Source: an uncultured delta proteobacterium (lineage in GTDB: Bacteria > Myxococcota_A > Polyangia > Haliangiales > Haliangiaceae). Taken from it: a DNA stretch of 64,000 nt. A program made the translations under genes and the position numbers. Below, one piece after another: positions 21,832 through 33,570 of this stretch; the first letter of the stretch is position 1, and every line of letters begins with the position of its first letter. Below the pieces are notes generated by a model, which worked only from the letters and a program-made list of their open reading frames with translations, was not told the origin of the DNA and did not search any database. The stretch covers positions 1,824,001-1,888,000 of the forward strand of contig CAWKDB010000010.1 of NCBI GenBank assembly GCA_963848295.1, written 5' to 3'.

Positions 21832-22575
21832 ATGCGCGTGCAGGTCGAGCTTCCCGCGGCCAAGCTCGACCGCTTCTCCAGAGCGCAGATCGAATTCGCG
21901 AGCGCGGCTTGGCCACTGCGCGCCGCCGAGGAGCTGCGGTCCGCGCTGATCTATCGTGCGCTCGCGCGATCGAGTCACGACGTGCTCCCGGCATTCGCGG
22001 ATCGATTCTTGGCTGTGGCGAGCGAGGAGGTCGGGCATGCCCGGCTGTGCGCGATCTTGGGGGCGCGATTCGGAGCACACGCACCTCACTACGACGCCGA
22101 GCCAGTCCGCGTCCGGCTCGCACGGGTTCCCGACCGGCTTGGCCGAACGATCGCGCTGGTCACCGGGGAGGTCGCGATCGGCGAGACGATCTCGATGGCG
22201 ATGTTTCGAGAGAGCCGGCGGGCCGCGACCGAGCCACTGTCGCTCGCCGCGATCGAGCTCATCCTTGCCGACGAAGCCCGCCACCATCAGCTCGGATGGG
22301 ATGCCCTCGAGGCGCTCGGCCCGAGCGAGGCGATGCAGCGCGAGGCGACGAGCGCGCTCGCGAGCTCCGAACAACAGATCGCCGTGCCCGCCATGCGCTT
22401 CCTCGAGCGCGGCGCCCATTTCGATCCGGCCTGGGCTGCGCTCGGTGTGATCGAGCCGGGGCGCCGCGTGGATGCGTTCTACGACGCGGTCGAGCAGCTC
22501 GTCTTGCCACGACTCGATCGGCTCGGACTCGACGGCGCGCGCGCGTTCACCGACCGCTATCGCTCAGGCGGCTAG
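21832..22575 (+). CDS. Ferritin-like (diiron carboxylate) domain protein
   Basis: AAEELRS ... EEVGH ... GETIS ... DEARH ligand pattern. Confidence 0.8.
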   Translation: MRVQVELPAAKLDRFSRAQIEFASAAWPLRAAEELRSALIYRALARSSHDVLPAFADRFLAVASEEVGHARLCAILGARFGAHAPHYDAEPVRVRLARVPDRLGRTIALVTGEVAIGETISMAMFRESRRAATEPLSLAAIELILADEARHHQLGWDALEALGPSEAMQREATSALASSEQQIAVPAMRFLERGAHFDPAWAALGVIEPGRRVDAFYDAVEQLVLPRLDRLGLDGARAFTDRYRSGG

Positions 22576-23634
22576 CGCGATCACGAACAGCGCACCGCCG
22601 CCCGGACCATCCTCGACGTGGATCGTGCCGCCGTGGCCTTCGACGATGCGCTGGCAGATCGCGAGGCCGAGGCCGAAGCCCTTGCCGGCCGCGCGATCGG
22701 TCGCCTTGTGCACGCCGCGCGCGAACGGTTCGAAGATCCGCTCGCGCATGTCGGCCGGCACGCCGGGCCCATGATCTTCCACGCTGAGCCTGCGCGCGCT
22801 ACCGACCTTCACGGTGACCGCGGCGTTCGCCGGCGAGTGGTTGATCGCGTTGCGCAGCAGGTTGTCGAACACGATCCCGAAGGCGCCGGGATCGACATCG
22901 GCGGTCGCAGGCGCACCCGGTGCGAGCTCGAGGATGACATCGTGCTCGGCGGCGTAAGCCGATGCACGCTCGATCGCGGCCGCAGCGAGCGTACGCAGCT
23001 CGCGCGGCTCCCGCTTGAGCGCCGCCGCGCCAGCGCGCGATAGCACGAGTAGCTTCTCGACGATGTCGCCCATCCGATGGACCTCGGCTAGTGCGTCGTC
23101 GGCGACATGCTCCCAGTGGCTCGCGGCGCGCGGCTTGCGGCGCGCGACCTCGAGGTTCGTCGAGATCACGGTCAGCGGCGTGCGCAGCTCGTGCGATGCG
23201 TTCGCGGCGAATTGCTTCTGCTCTTTGACCCCGACCTCGATCCGCTCGAGCGCGTCGTTGAGCGCGAGCGACAGCCGATCGAGCGCGTCGCCGTCGCCGC
23301 TGACCGGCAGCCGCTCCTCGAGCCGTTGCCCGCTGAGCGCGGATGCGTGCGCGATGACCTCGTCGAGTCGCTTCGTCGTGCGCTGGGTCAGCGTCCGCCC
23401 GAGCACGAGCGATAGCCCGATGCCGATCGGAGCCGCGAATGCGAGCGCGGCGCCGACCTCCTTGATGATCACGATCGGCGGATCGTCGATGTACACGCCC
23501 GGTGCACACTCCTCGTGGAGCTCGGAAATGTAAATGACGATCGCGACGACGGTTCCGAACATCGCCATGCCGAGCACCATCGCCACCGCGATCGCGCGGC
23601 CGAGGCCGCGGCCCAGCGTGGTCTGTTCGCTCAT
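22564..23634 (-). CDS. HAMP-domain sensor histidine kinase
   Basis: Two TM segments, HAMP, ASHELRTPL H-box, NLLRNAI, DHGPG, GFGLGL. Confidence 0.93.
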   Translation of the reverse strand: MSEQTTLGRGLGRAIAVAMVLGMAMFGTVVAIVIYISELHEECAPGVYIDDPPIVIIKEVGAALAFAAPIGIGLSLVLGRTLTQRTTKRLDEVIAHASALSGQRLEERLPVSGDGDALDRLSLALNDALERIEVGVKEQKQFAANASHELRTPLTVISTNLEVARRKPRAASHWEHVADDALAEVHRMGDIVEKLLVLSRAGAAALKREPRELRTLAAAAIERASAYAAEHDVILELAPGAPATADVDPGAFGIVFDNLLRNAINHSPANAAVTVKVGSARRLSVEDHGPGVPADMRERIFEPFARGVHKATDRAAGKGFGLGLAICQRIVEGHGGTIHVEDGPGGGALFVIALAA

Positions 23635-24329
23635 CCCGCAACTACGAGTCTGATGCCGGCGCCGCGAACGGTCTCGATCGTGATCGGGAACCCGGTGAGC
23701 TTCTTGCGCAGGTGCGTGAGGTGAACGTCGATGACGTTCGTCCCCGGATCGAAGTCGTAGCCGAACGCTTCGCGCAAGATCTCCGACCGCGTCACGACCT
23801 CGCCACGACGCCGTACGAGCGTGCCGAGCAACGCGTACTCGCGCGGCGACAGCGCCGCACTCATCTCGCCCGACTCGACGACCAGATCATCGCGCATCCG
23901 CAACGGCACGTCGGACGACGGCGTCCACCGCGGGCCACCGGCGCGGCGGGTCAGCGCACCGATGCGTGCGACGAGCTCGGCGAACACGAACGGCTTGACG
24001 AGGTAGTCGTCGGCCCCGCGGTTGAGCGCTTCGACTCGCGCATCGACCGCATCGCGCGCGGTGAGCACGAAGATCGGCACGTGAACGTGGGCTTGGCGCA
24101 GCTCGCGCAACACGTCGAGGCCATCGCGATCGGGCAAGCCGAGATCGAGGATCATCAAGTCCAGGTCGCGGCGCGTGCCGCGCTCGACCGCCTTCGCGGC
24201 GGTATCGAGCACCTCGACGGTGAATCCGTCCTCGGTCAGCCCCTCGGCGATCGTCGTCGCGAGCTGGTGATTGTCCTCGACCAACACGATCCGGACCCCG
24301 GCGGGGTGTTTCGACTCGCTCATCCTCAC
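23631..24329 (-). CDS. OmpR-family response regulator
   Basis: LVEDN, ILDLGLPDRDG, LTARD, GADDYLVKPF, NVIDVHL..LRKK, ETVRGAG. Confidence 0.93.
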   Translation of the reverse strand: MRMSESKHPAGVRIVLVEDNHQLATTIAEGLTEDGFTVEVLDTAAKAVERGTRRDLDLMILDLGLPDRDGLDVLRELRQAHVHVPIFVLTARDAVDARVEALNRGADDYLVKPFVFAELVARIGALTRRAGGPRWTPSSDVPLRMRDDLVVESGEMSAALSPREYALLGTLVRRRGEVVTRSEILREAFGYDFDPGTNVIDVHLTHLRKKLTGFPITIETVRGAGIRLVVAG

Positions 24330-24385
24330 CAGCGTCGTACGAAGCCGAGCGCCGAACCATTAAGTCTGGCCGAAATCCGCTGGCG

Positions 24386-24976
24386 TCAGTACCAGTTCAG
24401 CCCGAGACCGACCGTGAACGACGTGATGTTGTCGTCGATGCCGTTGTACGCGGCGTCGATCACGCGCGCCTGCAGATCCATCGCGAAGAACCGCGCCGAC
24501 AAGACCTCGAACCCGATCGCGCCCATCACCACTGCGCCACCGTCGATCGCAGGCACGTCGTCGAAATTGAGGTGCGCGTAACCGATGCCACCTTTGACCC
24601 ATAGCTGCGGCAGCAGCCAGTACTGGCCGGCGAGCATCAGCGCGGTCTGGTTCAGCACGTCCCCGTTGCTGCTGACGGTCTGCACGTTCTCCTGTGCTTC
24701 GAACAGCAGCGCGAAGTTGTTCGTCAGCATGCCGCCGAGGTGGCCGTCGAACTCGACCGTCCACGGGTTGTAGTCGCAGTTGGGGCAGTCGGTGATGCCG
24801 CTGCCGCCGTCGTGCATGCCGCCGATGCCGAGGCTGAAGCCCCACGCGAGCCGCCCCGCGCGCCGGTGGAACCCGCGATAGTGGCCGCCGTCCGGGCGGC
24901 CGTAGTAGCCCTGGGCAGAAGCGATCGCGGGAGCGACCAGGAGCGCGAGCACGACTAGTGACTTGATAGGCTTCAT
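24386..24976 (-). CDS. Outer-membrane beta-barrel protein
   Basis: Signal peptide ending ASA-Q, amphipathic strands, C-terminal GLGLNWY. Confidence 0.75.
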   Translation of the reverse strand: MKPIKSLVVLALLVAPAIASAQGYYGRPDGGHYRGFHRRAGRLAWGFSLGIGGMHDGGSGITDCPNCDYNPWTVEFDGHLGGMLTNNFALLFEAQENVQTVSSNGDVLNQTALMLAGQYWLLPQLWVKGGIGYAHLNFDDVPAIDGGAVVMGAIGFEVLSARFFAMDLQARVIDAAYNGIDDNITSFTVGLGLNWY

Positions 24977-25028
24977 AAAACAGGACCCTCGTGGCGGCAG
25001 GCATGCCGCATTTATCTACGACGAGCAT

Positions 25029-25044
25029 CGCAAGAGTCTTGCCA
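25029..25044 (-). promoter_or_regulatory. sigma54 -24/-12 promoter upstream of the beta-barrel gene
   Basis: Reverse strand reads TGGCAAGACTCTTGCG (GG-N10-GC). Confidence 0.6.
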
Positions 25045-25189
25045 GTGCGCGAGTGGCCGGCCGGACGTAGATGCGGGGGGTTACGGCGATGTGGCACACG
25101 TGCACTGTGCCCCTGGACCACGTCGTGAACGCGCAGCTACGTCAGCGCTCGGTCGGGCCAACATGCCCCAAGCTTTTCTCGCCGGTCGA

Positions 25190-26920
25190 CTAAACGTTTA
25201 CGTCGAGTAAGCGGTCGATCGTGGTTCGAGCGCGGCGCGGATCGCCGTGCATGGTCACGCACGGGACGTTGCGCGCCGAGAACAAGCTCTCGACCCACGA
25301 GGCCGATGCGCCGTTCTGCAGCCACCCCGCGTCGATCAAGACGGCATCGGCGGGACGGGTGTCCGCGCTCGCGAGCTGCACGAGCGCTCCGGGGTCGGTA
25401 CCGCCGGTAACCGCGTAGCCTGCGGCCGCGAGCGTCGATTGCAGCTCGGTGAGCCGCTCCGGCGAAGCGCCGATCAACACGCGCTTGTCGGCGCGTCGCT
25501 CGATCCGTGCGAGGAAGCCGAACCAACGCATGCGATCGGCTTCGCCCATGTCGACGATGCTCAAGCCAAAGCCCGGGACCAGCCCGCACGCGCGCGCGTC
25601 GGCATCTCCGATCTGACGAACGACCTTCGCGCGACCCGCGACCGGCGAGCCGATGTCGTCGAGCAGGATCGAGAAGTTCACGGTCTCGTCGAGCCGGAGC
25701 GAGATCGTCGGTCGCACGAACATCCCCTGCGCCGAGACGTCGAGCGCCTCGGCCTTGACCGCACCGCGCAACGTGGCGATCGAGACCGGCCAGTCCACCG
25801 GAAACCGGCGCGTCGAGCGCGGCGGCGGAGGCTTGATCGTGACGTTCGCGGCGCGCGCGGCGGTGAGCAGCCCGGTCAGCTGGCGTCGCGCCGCATCGTC
25901 GAGCTCGAACGTCGCCGAGAACGTCGCGGTGCCCGAGCTCGACTGCTCGAGCGCACCCGAGACCTTCACGACCGCGCCGCGCACCAACGCGCGATGGGCG
26001 CCAAACGCGAGCGCGATGTCGACGTGATCCTGCAGCCGTGGCAGCGCGCCGGTCATCAGCGCCGCTCCTTTGAGGCTGAGTGCGCCGATGCGCGCCGGCA
26101 CCCAGCGACCGCTGCGCAGATAGCGCGCGTAGATCATCGTCGAGGGCACAGGCCCGGTCGCGGTCGGCAGATACGGCTCGGTCACCTGCTTCGGCGGCTC
26201 TTGATCGACGTCGGCGATCGAGTTGAGCCGGATCTTGACCGGCGATGGCTCGCGACGGATCACGTTGCGCGACGACGTACGCGCTGCCGGCGGCTCCGAG
26301 CCCGCGCGTTGCGGCGGCTCCGAGCCCGCGCGTTGCGGCGGTTCCGAGCCCGCGCGATGGGGTCGCTGCAGCTGGGTCGCGTCGTCGCGCGTCGATCTCG
26401 CGACGATATTCGGCGGATCATCAATCTCGCGCGTGCCTCGCGCCGGGACCAGCAACACCGGATCGTCGGTGTCGCCGCGCGCCGCCCTCGGGATCGGCGG
26501 CGGCAGCTTCAACCCGACCTGCGGTTTCGGCTTCGCGCCGCGGATCTGCTTGACCAGCTCGGTCAGAGCGCCGACGACGTCGCGGCGATGCATGACTTGA
26601 TGCGTACAGCGCGCGAGCCGCTCGATCAGGAACCGCTTGCGCTCGTAGTCCGACAGCTCCGCGGGCTGAATCATCCCGATCTCGGCGAGCAGCGCGATCT
26701 CGACGACGTACGACAGGCGATGCGGCCCGAGCGCCATCTCGTCGTAGCGCAGGTTGATCAGCGCGTGGTCGACGACCGGATCGTAAAACGCGAGGACGGC
26801 CGCGAGCGGCGGTGCGCTCGGAGCATCGAGCGTGGCGAGGACTTGGGCCCAGTGGCCGACGCGTTGCCGAGGCTGTTCGATGACGAGAAAGGCCTCGACA
26901 AGTGGCGAAAATTGAGACAT
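25190..26920 (-). CDS. Tandem PilZ-domain protein with a C-terminal receiver-like domain
   Basis: RSTRRFPV ... DVSAQGMFV (RxxxR, DxSxxG) intact in the second PilZ; degenerate first PilZ (ALSLKGA); C-terminal DAVLIDA receiver-like segment. Confidence 0.75.
   Translation of the reverse strand: MSQFSPLVEAFLVIEQPRQRVGHWAQVLATLDAPSAPPLAAVLAFYDPVVDHALINLRYDEMALGPHRLSYVVEIALLAEIGMIQPAELSDYERKRFLIERLARCTHQVMHRRDVVGALTELVKQIRGAKPKPQVGLKLPPPIPRAARGDTDDPVLLVPARGTREIDDPPNIVARSTRDDATQLQRPHRAGSEPPQRAGSEPPQRAGSEPPAARTSSRNVIRREPSPVKIRLNSIADVDQEPPKQVTEPYLPTATGPVPSTMIYARYLRSGRWVPARIGALSLKGAALMTGALPRLQDHVDIALAFGAHRALVRGAVVKVSGALEQSSSGTATFSATFELDDAARRQLTGLLTAARAANVTIKPPPPRSTRRFPVDWPVSIATLRGAVKAEALDVSAQGMFVRPTISLRLDETVNFSILLDDIGSPVAGRAKVVRQIGDADARACGLVPGFGLSIVDMGEADRMRWFGFLARIERRADKRVLIGASPERLTELQSTLAAAGYAVTGGTDPGALVQLASADTRPADAVLIDAGWLQNGASASWVESLFSARNVPCVTMHGDPRRARTTIDRLLDVNV
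26288..26359. repeat. 3 x 24-bp in-frame tandem repeat encoding RAGSEPP(Q/A)
   Basis: CGGCGGCTCCGAGCCCGCGCGTTG twice exactly, plus one copy with 2 mismatches. Confidence 0.9.
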
Positions 26921-26937
26921 CGCGCGTGCACACGTAC

Positions 26938-26953
26938 AGCACTGGCGATGCCA
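26938..26953 (-). promoter_or_regulatory. sigma54 -24/-12 promoter of the PilZ gene
   Basis: Reverse strand reads TGGCATCGCCAGTGCT. Confidence 0.6.
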
Positions 26954-27130
26954 CGAAGCCCGGTTGCAAGCGGGCTTACAACGCATCCCGGATCATCTTG
27001 TGATCACTTTCTACGTAGTTAAGCCACTCCCGGGCCGACTATGGCACCACAGCCATGTTTAGCATGGCATCAACACCATGATCTGCCGCGAATTCTTGCT
27101 CAAGTCCTCGTCCCCCTTAAAGTATCGGAC

Positions 27131-29557
<2,427 letters not shown>

Positions 29558-29561
29558 GCGA

Positions 29562-30401
29562 TCACGGGACGACCTCGACATCCTCGAGATGTTCACCTTC
29601 GTCGAAGAACTCGACCTCGGCGGTCGTAAACCGCCGAGCCGGAAGCTGCTCTGATTGCACGGGCAGGTGTGGCTCGGTAGGCATCTCGTCGATGATGAAC
29701 GCGGCTGGCAGCCGGTAACCCAGCGACGGCAATCCGATCACGCGAAGGTACGAGCCGAGCGCGCGCTTCGCGACGGCGAGCACGACCCCGCTGACGAGCG
29801 CGCACGCCGCGCCGAACGCCCACATCGCGCTCGCCATCGCCAACGTCGCATCGCTATCAGCCCCGGCGATCACGAGCACGGTGTCGTAGATCGCGGCCGC
29901 AACCCCTTGGGCGAGCACCAACGCGAACACCGCTCGCAACCACGTCTGCCGCCCATCGAGCGCGCGGTTCATCGCCGACATCGCAAACACCACGACGAAC
30001 AGCGCACCGCCCAGCGCCGCTGCCATCGCGAGCGGCGCGAGCCCGAAGTCGCAGATCGCGAGCACCGCAATGCTCGAAAGCGTGGCGGTGAGCACGAGCG
30101 CGAGTGCACGACGTCGAGCGTAGACCTCGCAGACGATCAGAGCCGCGGTGAGCGCGACCGGCGCGAGCAAAGCGCCCGTCGGCATCGTCGCGAGCGGAAG
30201 CTCGATGCCGAGCGTATCCGTCACATCGAGGATGGTCCCACCGACGAGCGCCGCGGCGACCGTCGTCGAGAGCACGATCGCTGCAAACACCAGGAACGTG
30301 CCTTCGCGCCGGCCGTGCAGCGTGGCCTCGGGCAAGAGAGCGAGACCAGGGCGCTCGCACTGACACGTAGGGAGCAACCAACGATCTTGTTGCGTCTTCA
30401 T
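29562..30401 (-). CDS. Divergent VUT/YhhQ-family (queuosine precursor transporter-like) membrane protein
   Basis: Multi-TM; GALLAP...IVCEVYARRRA and WLRAVFALVLAQ resemble VUT motifs; acidic C-terminal tail. Confidence 0.55.
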   Translation of the reverse strand: MKTQQDRWLLPTCQCERPGLALLPEATLHGRREGTFLVFAAIVLSTTVAAALVGGTILDVTDTLGIELPLATMPTGALLAPVALTAALIVCEVYARRRALALVLTATLSSIAVLAICDFGLAPLAMAAALGGALFVVVFAMSAMNRALDGRQTWLRAVFALVLAQGVAAAIYDTVLVIAGADSDATLAMASAMWAFGAACALVSGVVLAVAKRALGSYLRVIGLPSLGYRLPAAFIIDEMPTEPHLPVQSEQLPARRFTTAEVEFFDEGEHLEDVEVVP

Positions 30402-30464
30402 GCCCCGAGGCGGAGCAAGACCGCTGCCAGTTCTTCCCCGGGCGCTCGCGCGCGCCGTGCGAAT

Positions 30465-30650
30465 CTACCCGAGCTGTTGCGAAGCGCGCGGAACCGCGAG
30501 ATTCGTATCGACGCGGGGCGCGTGATCAGCGGGCGCGGCGATCGAGCGGAACCACATATCGCTCTGCGTCGGCATCTGCATCGACGCACGCGACGGCGCA
30601 TGCGCACAGCCCCCGAGGGCGCACGCGAGGACGATGGTTCGCACGAACAT
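30465..30650 (-). CDS. Small putative lipoprotein
   Basis: MFVRTIVLACALGGC lipobox; fills an intergenic gap. Confidence 0.5.
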   Translation of the reverse strand: MFVRTIVLACALGGCAHAPSRASMQMPTQSDMWFRSIAAPADHAPRVDTNLAVPRASQQLG

Positions 30651-30758
30651 GCGGCCCGTATTGCACGTCGTTGGGACCGAGCGCAAGTCTGCAGCTCACG
30701 GCGTCGAGCAAGCGCCAGAAATAACGAGCAAAAGGCCGGCTCGGCGCGTGGACCTCTC

Positions 30759-30787
30759 TTGACACCGACCGGCTATCCGATTAAGAA
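30759..30787 (+). promoter_or_regulatory. sigma70-type promoter of the tRNA pair
   Basis: TTGACA-N17-TAAGAA, 17 nt upstream of tRNA-Val. Confidence 0.6.
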
Positions 30788-30804
30788 CCTGTTCCTCGGA
30801 AGTC

Positions 30805-30876
30805 GGGCGAATAGCTCAGCGGAAGAGCGTCGCCTTTACACGGCGATGGTCGCAGGTTCGAACCCTGCTTCGCCTA
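30805..30876 (+). tRNA. tRNA-Val(TAC)
   Basis: Acceptor GGGCGAA/TTCGCCT, anticodon stem TCGCC/GGCGA with loop TTTACAC, T-loop GTTCGAAC; CCA not encoded. Confidence 0.95.
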
Positions 30877-30885
30877 CTGAAATCT

Positions 30886-31261
<376 letters not shown>

Positions 31262-31262
<1 letters not shown>

Positions 31263-32155
31263 ACCAGACGTTTGCGTCTCAAACAGCGACAGCGCCATCA
31301 AAGCAGTTCCTAAGAACGGTCTTCGAGTTACGCGCAAGACGCGTGTTCGCGGTTCGCGCTGCGGGACGAATCGGATGGATTCGAGAGACCGGAGCGCGTC
31401 TTCGGATGATCGACGTCGTTGAAACGCAGCTCTTGGTCCAGCGCGCGCGTTGGGACGACATAGCAGAGCCCCTGGACGCCAACGTGGTTGCTATCTTCCT
31501 TGAATGGACGTGGACCCAGCCCGAGGTTCAGTCGGCGATCCAAGAATCGTATCGCCTCGACGAAGATGTGGGGACAGACACGGTGAAGACCGCTTTCTTC
31601 GCCACAGTCAACGCTTGGTTGCGAGGGAGCCGCTTTCGCGAGGTGGCTACGCTCTCGCAGCAGGACATCGACGACGTTCTTGGCATCCACGGAAGAGTGG
31701 TGTCCTATTTGCTTCAGACCCTCGTTGAACAGGCCGTTGCATTGCTGGCGAGGTTGCTCGAAGCACGCGGCGAGATCCTATCGCCTGCAGTCCAAGCCTT
31801 CCCGGACTATCTGCGCTTCGGCGTACCGAATGCGGTTGCGCGACTTCTTGCGCCCATTGACGCCCTGGCGGCCAAGACGTTGCCGGGTCTGCAGCGTGCG
31901 GTGAAGTGGGGCATGGCGTACTACGGCGCGGATGGCGGCTGGTGCTTCACGTCCGGAGGCTTTGTCGGCCATGTGAAACTGATGTTCATACGCGGCACGG
32001 AGATCAAGCCGGAACCGCCCGTAAAGCCGGTCGGGATGGGCAAGGCCACTCGGGGCGTTGAGCCGGCATCTGTGGACGATCTCGACGAACGCCAAGCGAC
32101 CTCGTGGATGAAACAAGCCGCCGCCATTCCCTTCTTCGGCGCGAAGAAGCGATAA
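31262..32155 (+). pseudogene. Chimeric remnant: helicase-like C-terminal fragment joined in frame to a 5'-truncated DUF1801-like gene
   Basis: AWLRG....YLRFGVP resembles the C-terminus of Ski2-like DEAD/DEAH helicases (no ATPase motifs present); from about 31850, RAVKWGMAYYG..HVKLMFIRG..LDERQATSWMKQAA resembles DUF1801. Visibly lower GC in the first part. Confidence 0.55.
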
Positions 32156-32367
32156 GCCACCCTCGGCCTCGCGGACCGTAGGATGTGTAGCGCGCGCCGC
32201 CGCGCGCCGGATCGGCGGCGACATGCGCTGCTCGAGCCAGGGCAACCGGAGGTTCCCCCACGCTCACGACGATGTGCCGGTCGCGCAGGTCGCGCAACCG
32301 TGACAGCGTCGTTAACACGCGCTGCGCCGGCCCCGTGGCGGCTGCCGCCGCGCTACTACTGCCAGCC

Positions 32368-33570
32368 ATGGCGTTTGACTTCATCATCGCGCTCGACGGT
32401 CACGGCCTGAACGGCTTCGAAGGGTTCGCCGGCATCGCCCGGCTCGCGTGCGAGCCCGACGCCGATCGCTGGCAGCCCGAGGTGAAGTTCTTCGACGGCG
32501 TCGCGGGCGGACATGCGGTGCAACTCTCGCCGCGCGGCACCGTCGGGTTTCTTGGCAACCTGTCGCAGCAGCTGGTGTTCTTCGACCCACTCACCCTCGA
32601 GGAACGCGCGCGCTGCTCGACGTTGCGGTTCGGCGCGCCGTCGTGCTTCTACGAGAGCCAGACCCACGTAGCGTGGCTCGACGAAGACGCGTTCGTGGCC
32701 GCGATCGGCGGCCAGTTCTGGCGGTTCTCGCTCGCCGACCTCGAGCACCCACGCGCGCTCGGGCCGCATGGCGTGACCCTGCCGCACGCGATGAAGCGCA
32801 CCGCGAGCGGCCGGTACCTCGTGTACGGCGCGATGGACATCGCGGGACAGTTCGCGAACCAGCTCGGGATCTTCGATCTCGAGACCGCCACCGCCCGCGT
32901 CGTCGCGCTGCCGGCGACGGTGTGGCACCTCGGCGTGCATCCGACGCGCGACCTCTGCTACGCGCCGACCCAGCGCTGCATCCCGCAGGACGGGGACTTC
33001 ACCGAGTACGCGATCGCGCACTTCAAGAACTACCTGTTCGAGGTCGACGTCGCCGGTGCGCGCGTGACTCGTCATCTCGCGGTCGCGAAGGACCAGCCCG
33101 GCGCACTGACGTCGGACGTCGTCGTCACCGAGGACGAGGTGCTCTACAACGGCCCCGCCGCGAGCGTGCTCGCCCGCGTGCGGCTCGACGACTTCACGCA
33201 CGTGGAGTGGATCAGCGAGCGAGCGCGACCGCGCGATCAGCTGCGCGGGTGGCGCGCCGGCGTCGGTAACCTGGTCGAGGTCGCGTCGCGCATCAACCTG
33301 CCGAACGCGACGCATTGGTTGATCAAGGCGATCCGGATCGCAGGCGGGAGCATGCTCGACGGCAGCTATGGCCTCGGCATGTCGCCCGACCATCGGTTCT
33401 TGCTGTCCGCGCATCGCGGGCTCAACGAGGTGATCGTCTATCGCTACCCCGAGCTCGAGGTCCATCGCCGCGTCGCGTTCCCGCCGATGCGCGAGTTCTG
33501 CAAGCAGCTCGGCCGGTTCGCCGACACCCGCCTCGGCTTCCATCACTCGACGATCCGCGCGGTGACTTAA
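32368..33570 (+). CDS. Hypothetical protein, probable beta-propeller
   Basis: 400 aa with protein-like composition; repeated strand/turn segments (HAVQLSPRG, PHAMKRTASG, WHLGVHP, YGLGMSPDH); no signal peptide. Confidence 0.7.
   Translation: MAFDFIIALDGHGLNGFEGFAGIARLACEPDADRWQPEVKFFDGVAGGHAVQLSPRGTVGFLGNLSQQLVFFDPLTLEERARCSTLRFGAPSCFYESQTHVAWLDEDAFVAAIGGQFWRFSLADLEHPRALGPHGVTLPHAMKRTASGRYLVYGAMDIAGQFANQLGIFDLETATARVVALPATVWHLGVHPTRDLCYAPTQRCIPQDGDFTEYAIAHFKNYLFEVDVAGARVTRHLAVAKDQPGALTSDVVVTEDEVLYNGPAASVLARVRLDDFTHVEWISERARPRDQLRGWRAGVGNLVEVASRINLPNATHWLIKAIRIAGGSMLDGSYGLGMSPDHRFLLSAHRGLNEVIVYRYPELEVHRRVAFPPMREFCKQLGRFADTRLGFHHSTIRAVT

Noticed and set aside
26288..26359. 24-bp repeats as a possible CRISPR array
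   Set aside because: No spacers, in-frame coding repeat and no cas genes; no CRISPR array was seen in the window.
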